Of a stretch of 28,266 nucleotides of DNA, positions 28,199-28,266 are shown piece by piece. The first letter of the stretch is position 1; each line of letters opens with the position of its first letter. The stretch spans positions 1 through 28,266 of the forward strand of contig JAUUZM010000001.1 of NCBI GenBank assembly GCA_030589965.1, given 5' to 3'. The notes beneath the pieces were generated by a model. The model did not search any database, was not told where the DNA came from, and saw nothing but the letters and a program-made list of their open reading frames with translations. This DNA is from Bacteroides sp. (GTDB lineage: Bacteria; Bacteroidota; Bacteroidia; Bacteroidales; SM23-62). The position numbers and the translations under genes were made by a program.

Positions 28199-28266
28199 AT
28201 GGTATTGTCCCGAAGAAATTTCCTGAGAAACTCAGCTCTGAGCACTGCTGCTTTAGCAACCATTCC
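28199..28266 (+). CDS. N-terminus of a Tat-exported protein, truncated by window edge
   Basis: Not in the ORF track. ATG 28199 gives MVLSRRNFLRNSALSTAALATI; SRRNFLR matches the twin-arginine S/T-R-R-x-F-L-K consensus, followed by a hydrophobic stretch. Confidence 0.75.
   Translation, partial: MVLSRRNFLRNSALSTAALATI

Noticed and set aside
1-28266. CRISPR arrays, tRNA/rRNA genes, IS elements, prophage genes, frameshifted pseudogenes
   Set aside because: No spaced direct repeats, cloverleaf motifs, transposase/integrase motifs or split genes seen; intergenic gaps are short and mostly accounted for.

Overview
A 28.3 kb chromosomal window, most likely from a Bacteroidota (Bacteroidales-like) bacterium. 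The lineage is inferred from TAnnTTTG-type promoters, a T9SS type-B C-terminal domain and AT-rich, SD-less translation starts. Most genes are housekeeping. The + strand starts with a 5'-truncated MFS transporter and pepD. An 18.5 kb minus-strand run follows (in transcription order): T9SS-type-B FN3 protein, rel, fur, purA, terminator, acyl-CoA ligase, beta-propeller/PP2C sensor phosphatase, promoter plus SAM-I riboswitch, metH, metF, 788-aa GT-C-like membrane protein. The rest is a CLC-CBS transporter, a DUF5684-like protein, glyA, a TauE/SafE permease, a GT2, an HTH-MNT/HEPN toxin-antitoxin pair and a truncated Tat-signal gene. I saw no tRNA, rRNA, CRISPR, transposase or integrase. Most interesting: (1) the MFS carries motifs resembling the eukaryotic lysosomal dipeptide transporter MFSD1 and sits 6 nt upstream of a dipeptidase, suggesting a bacterial dipeptide import/hydrolysis module; (2) a 75-nt hairpin with switch-like alternative pairing in the glyA leader that matches no riboswitch I recognise; (3) an XRE-HTH fused to an MNT antitoxin, with a C-box-like palindrome upstream; (4) a SAM-I aptamer with no visible terminator and an upstream competing hairpin. 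All family calls come from motif recognition by eye; no searches were run.
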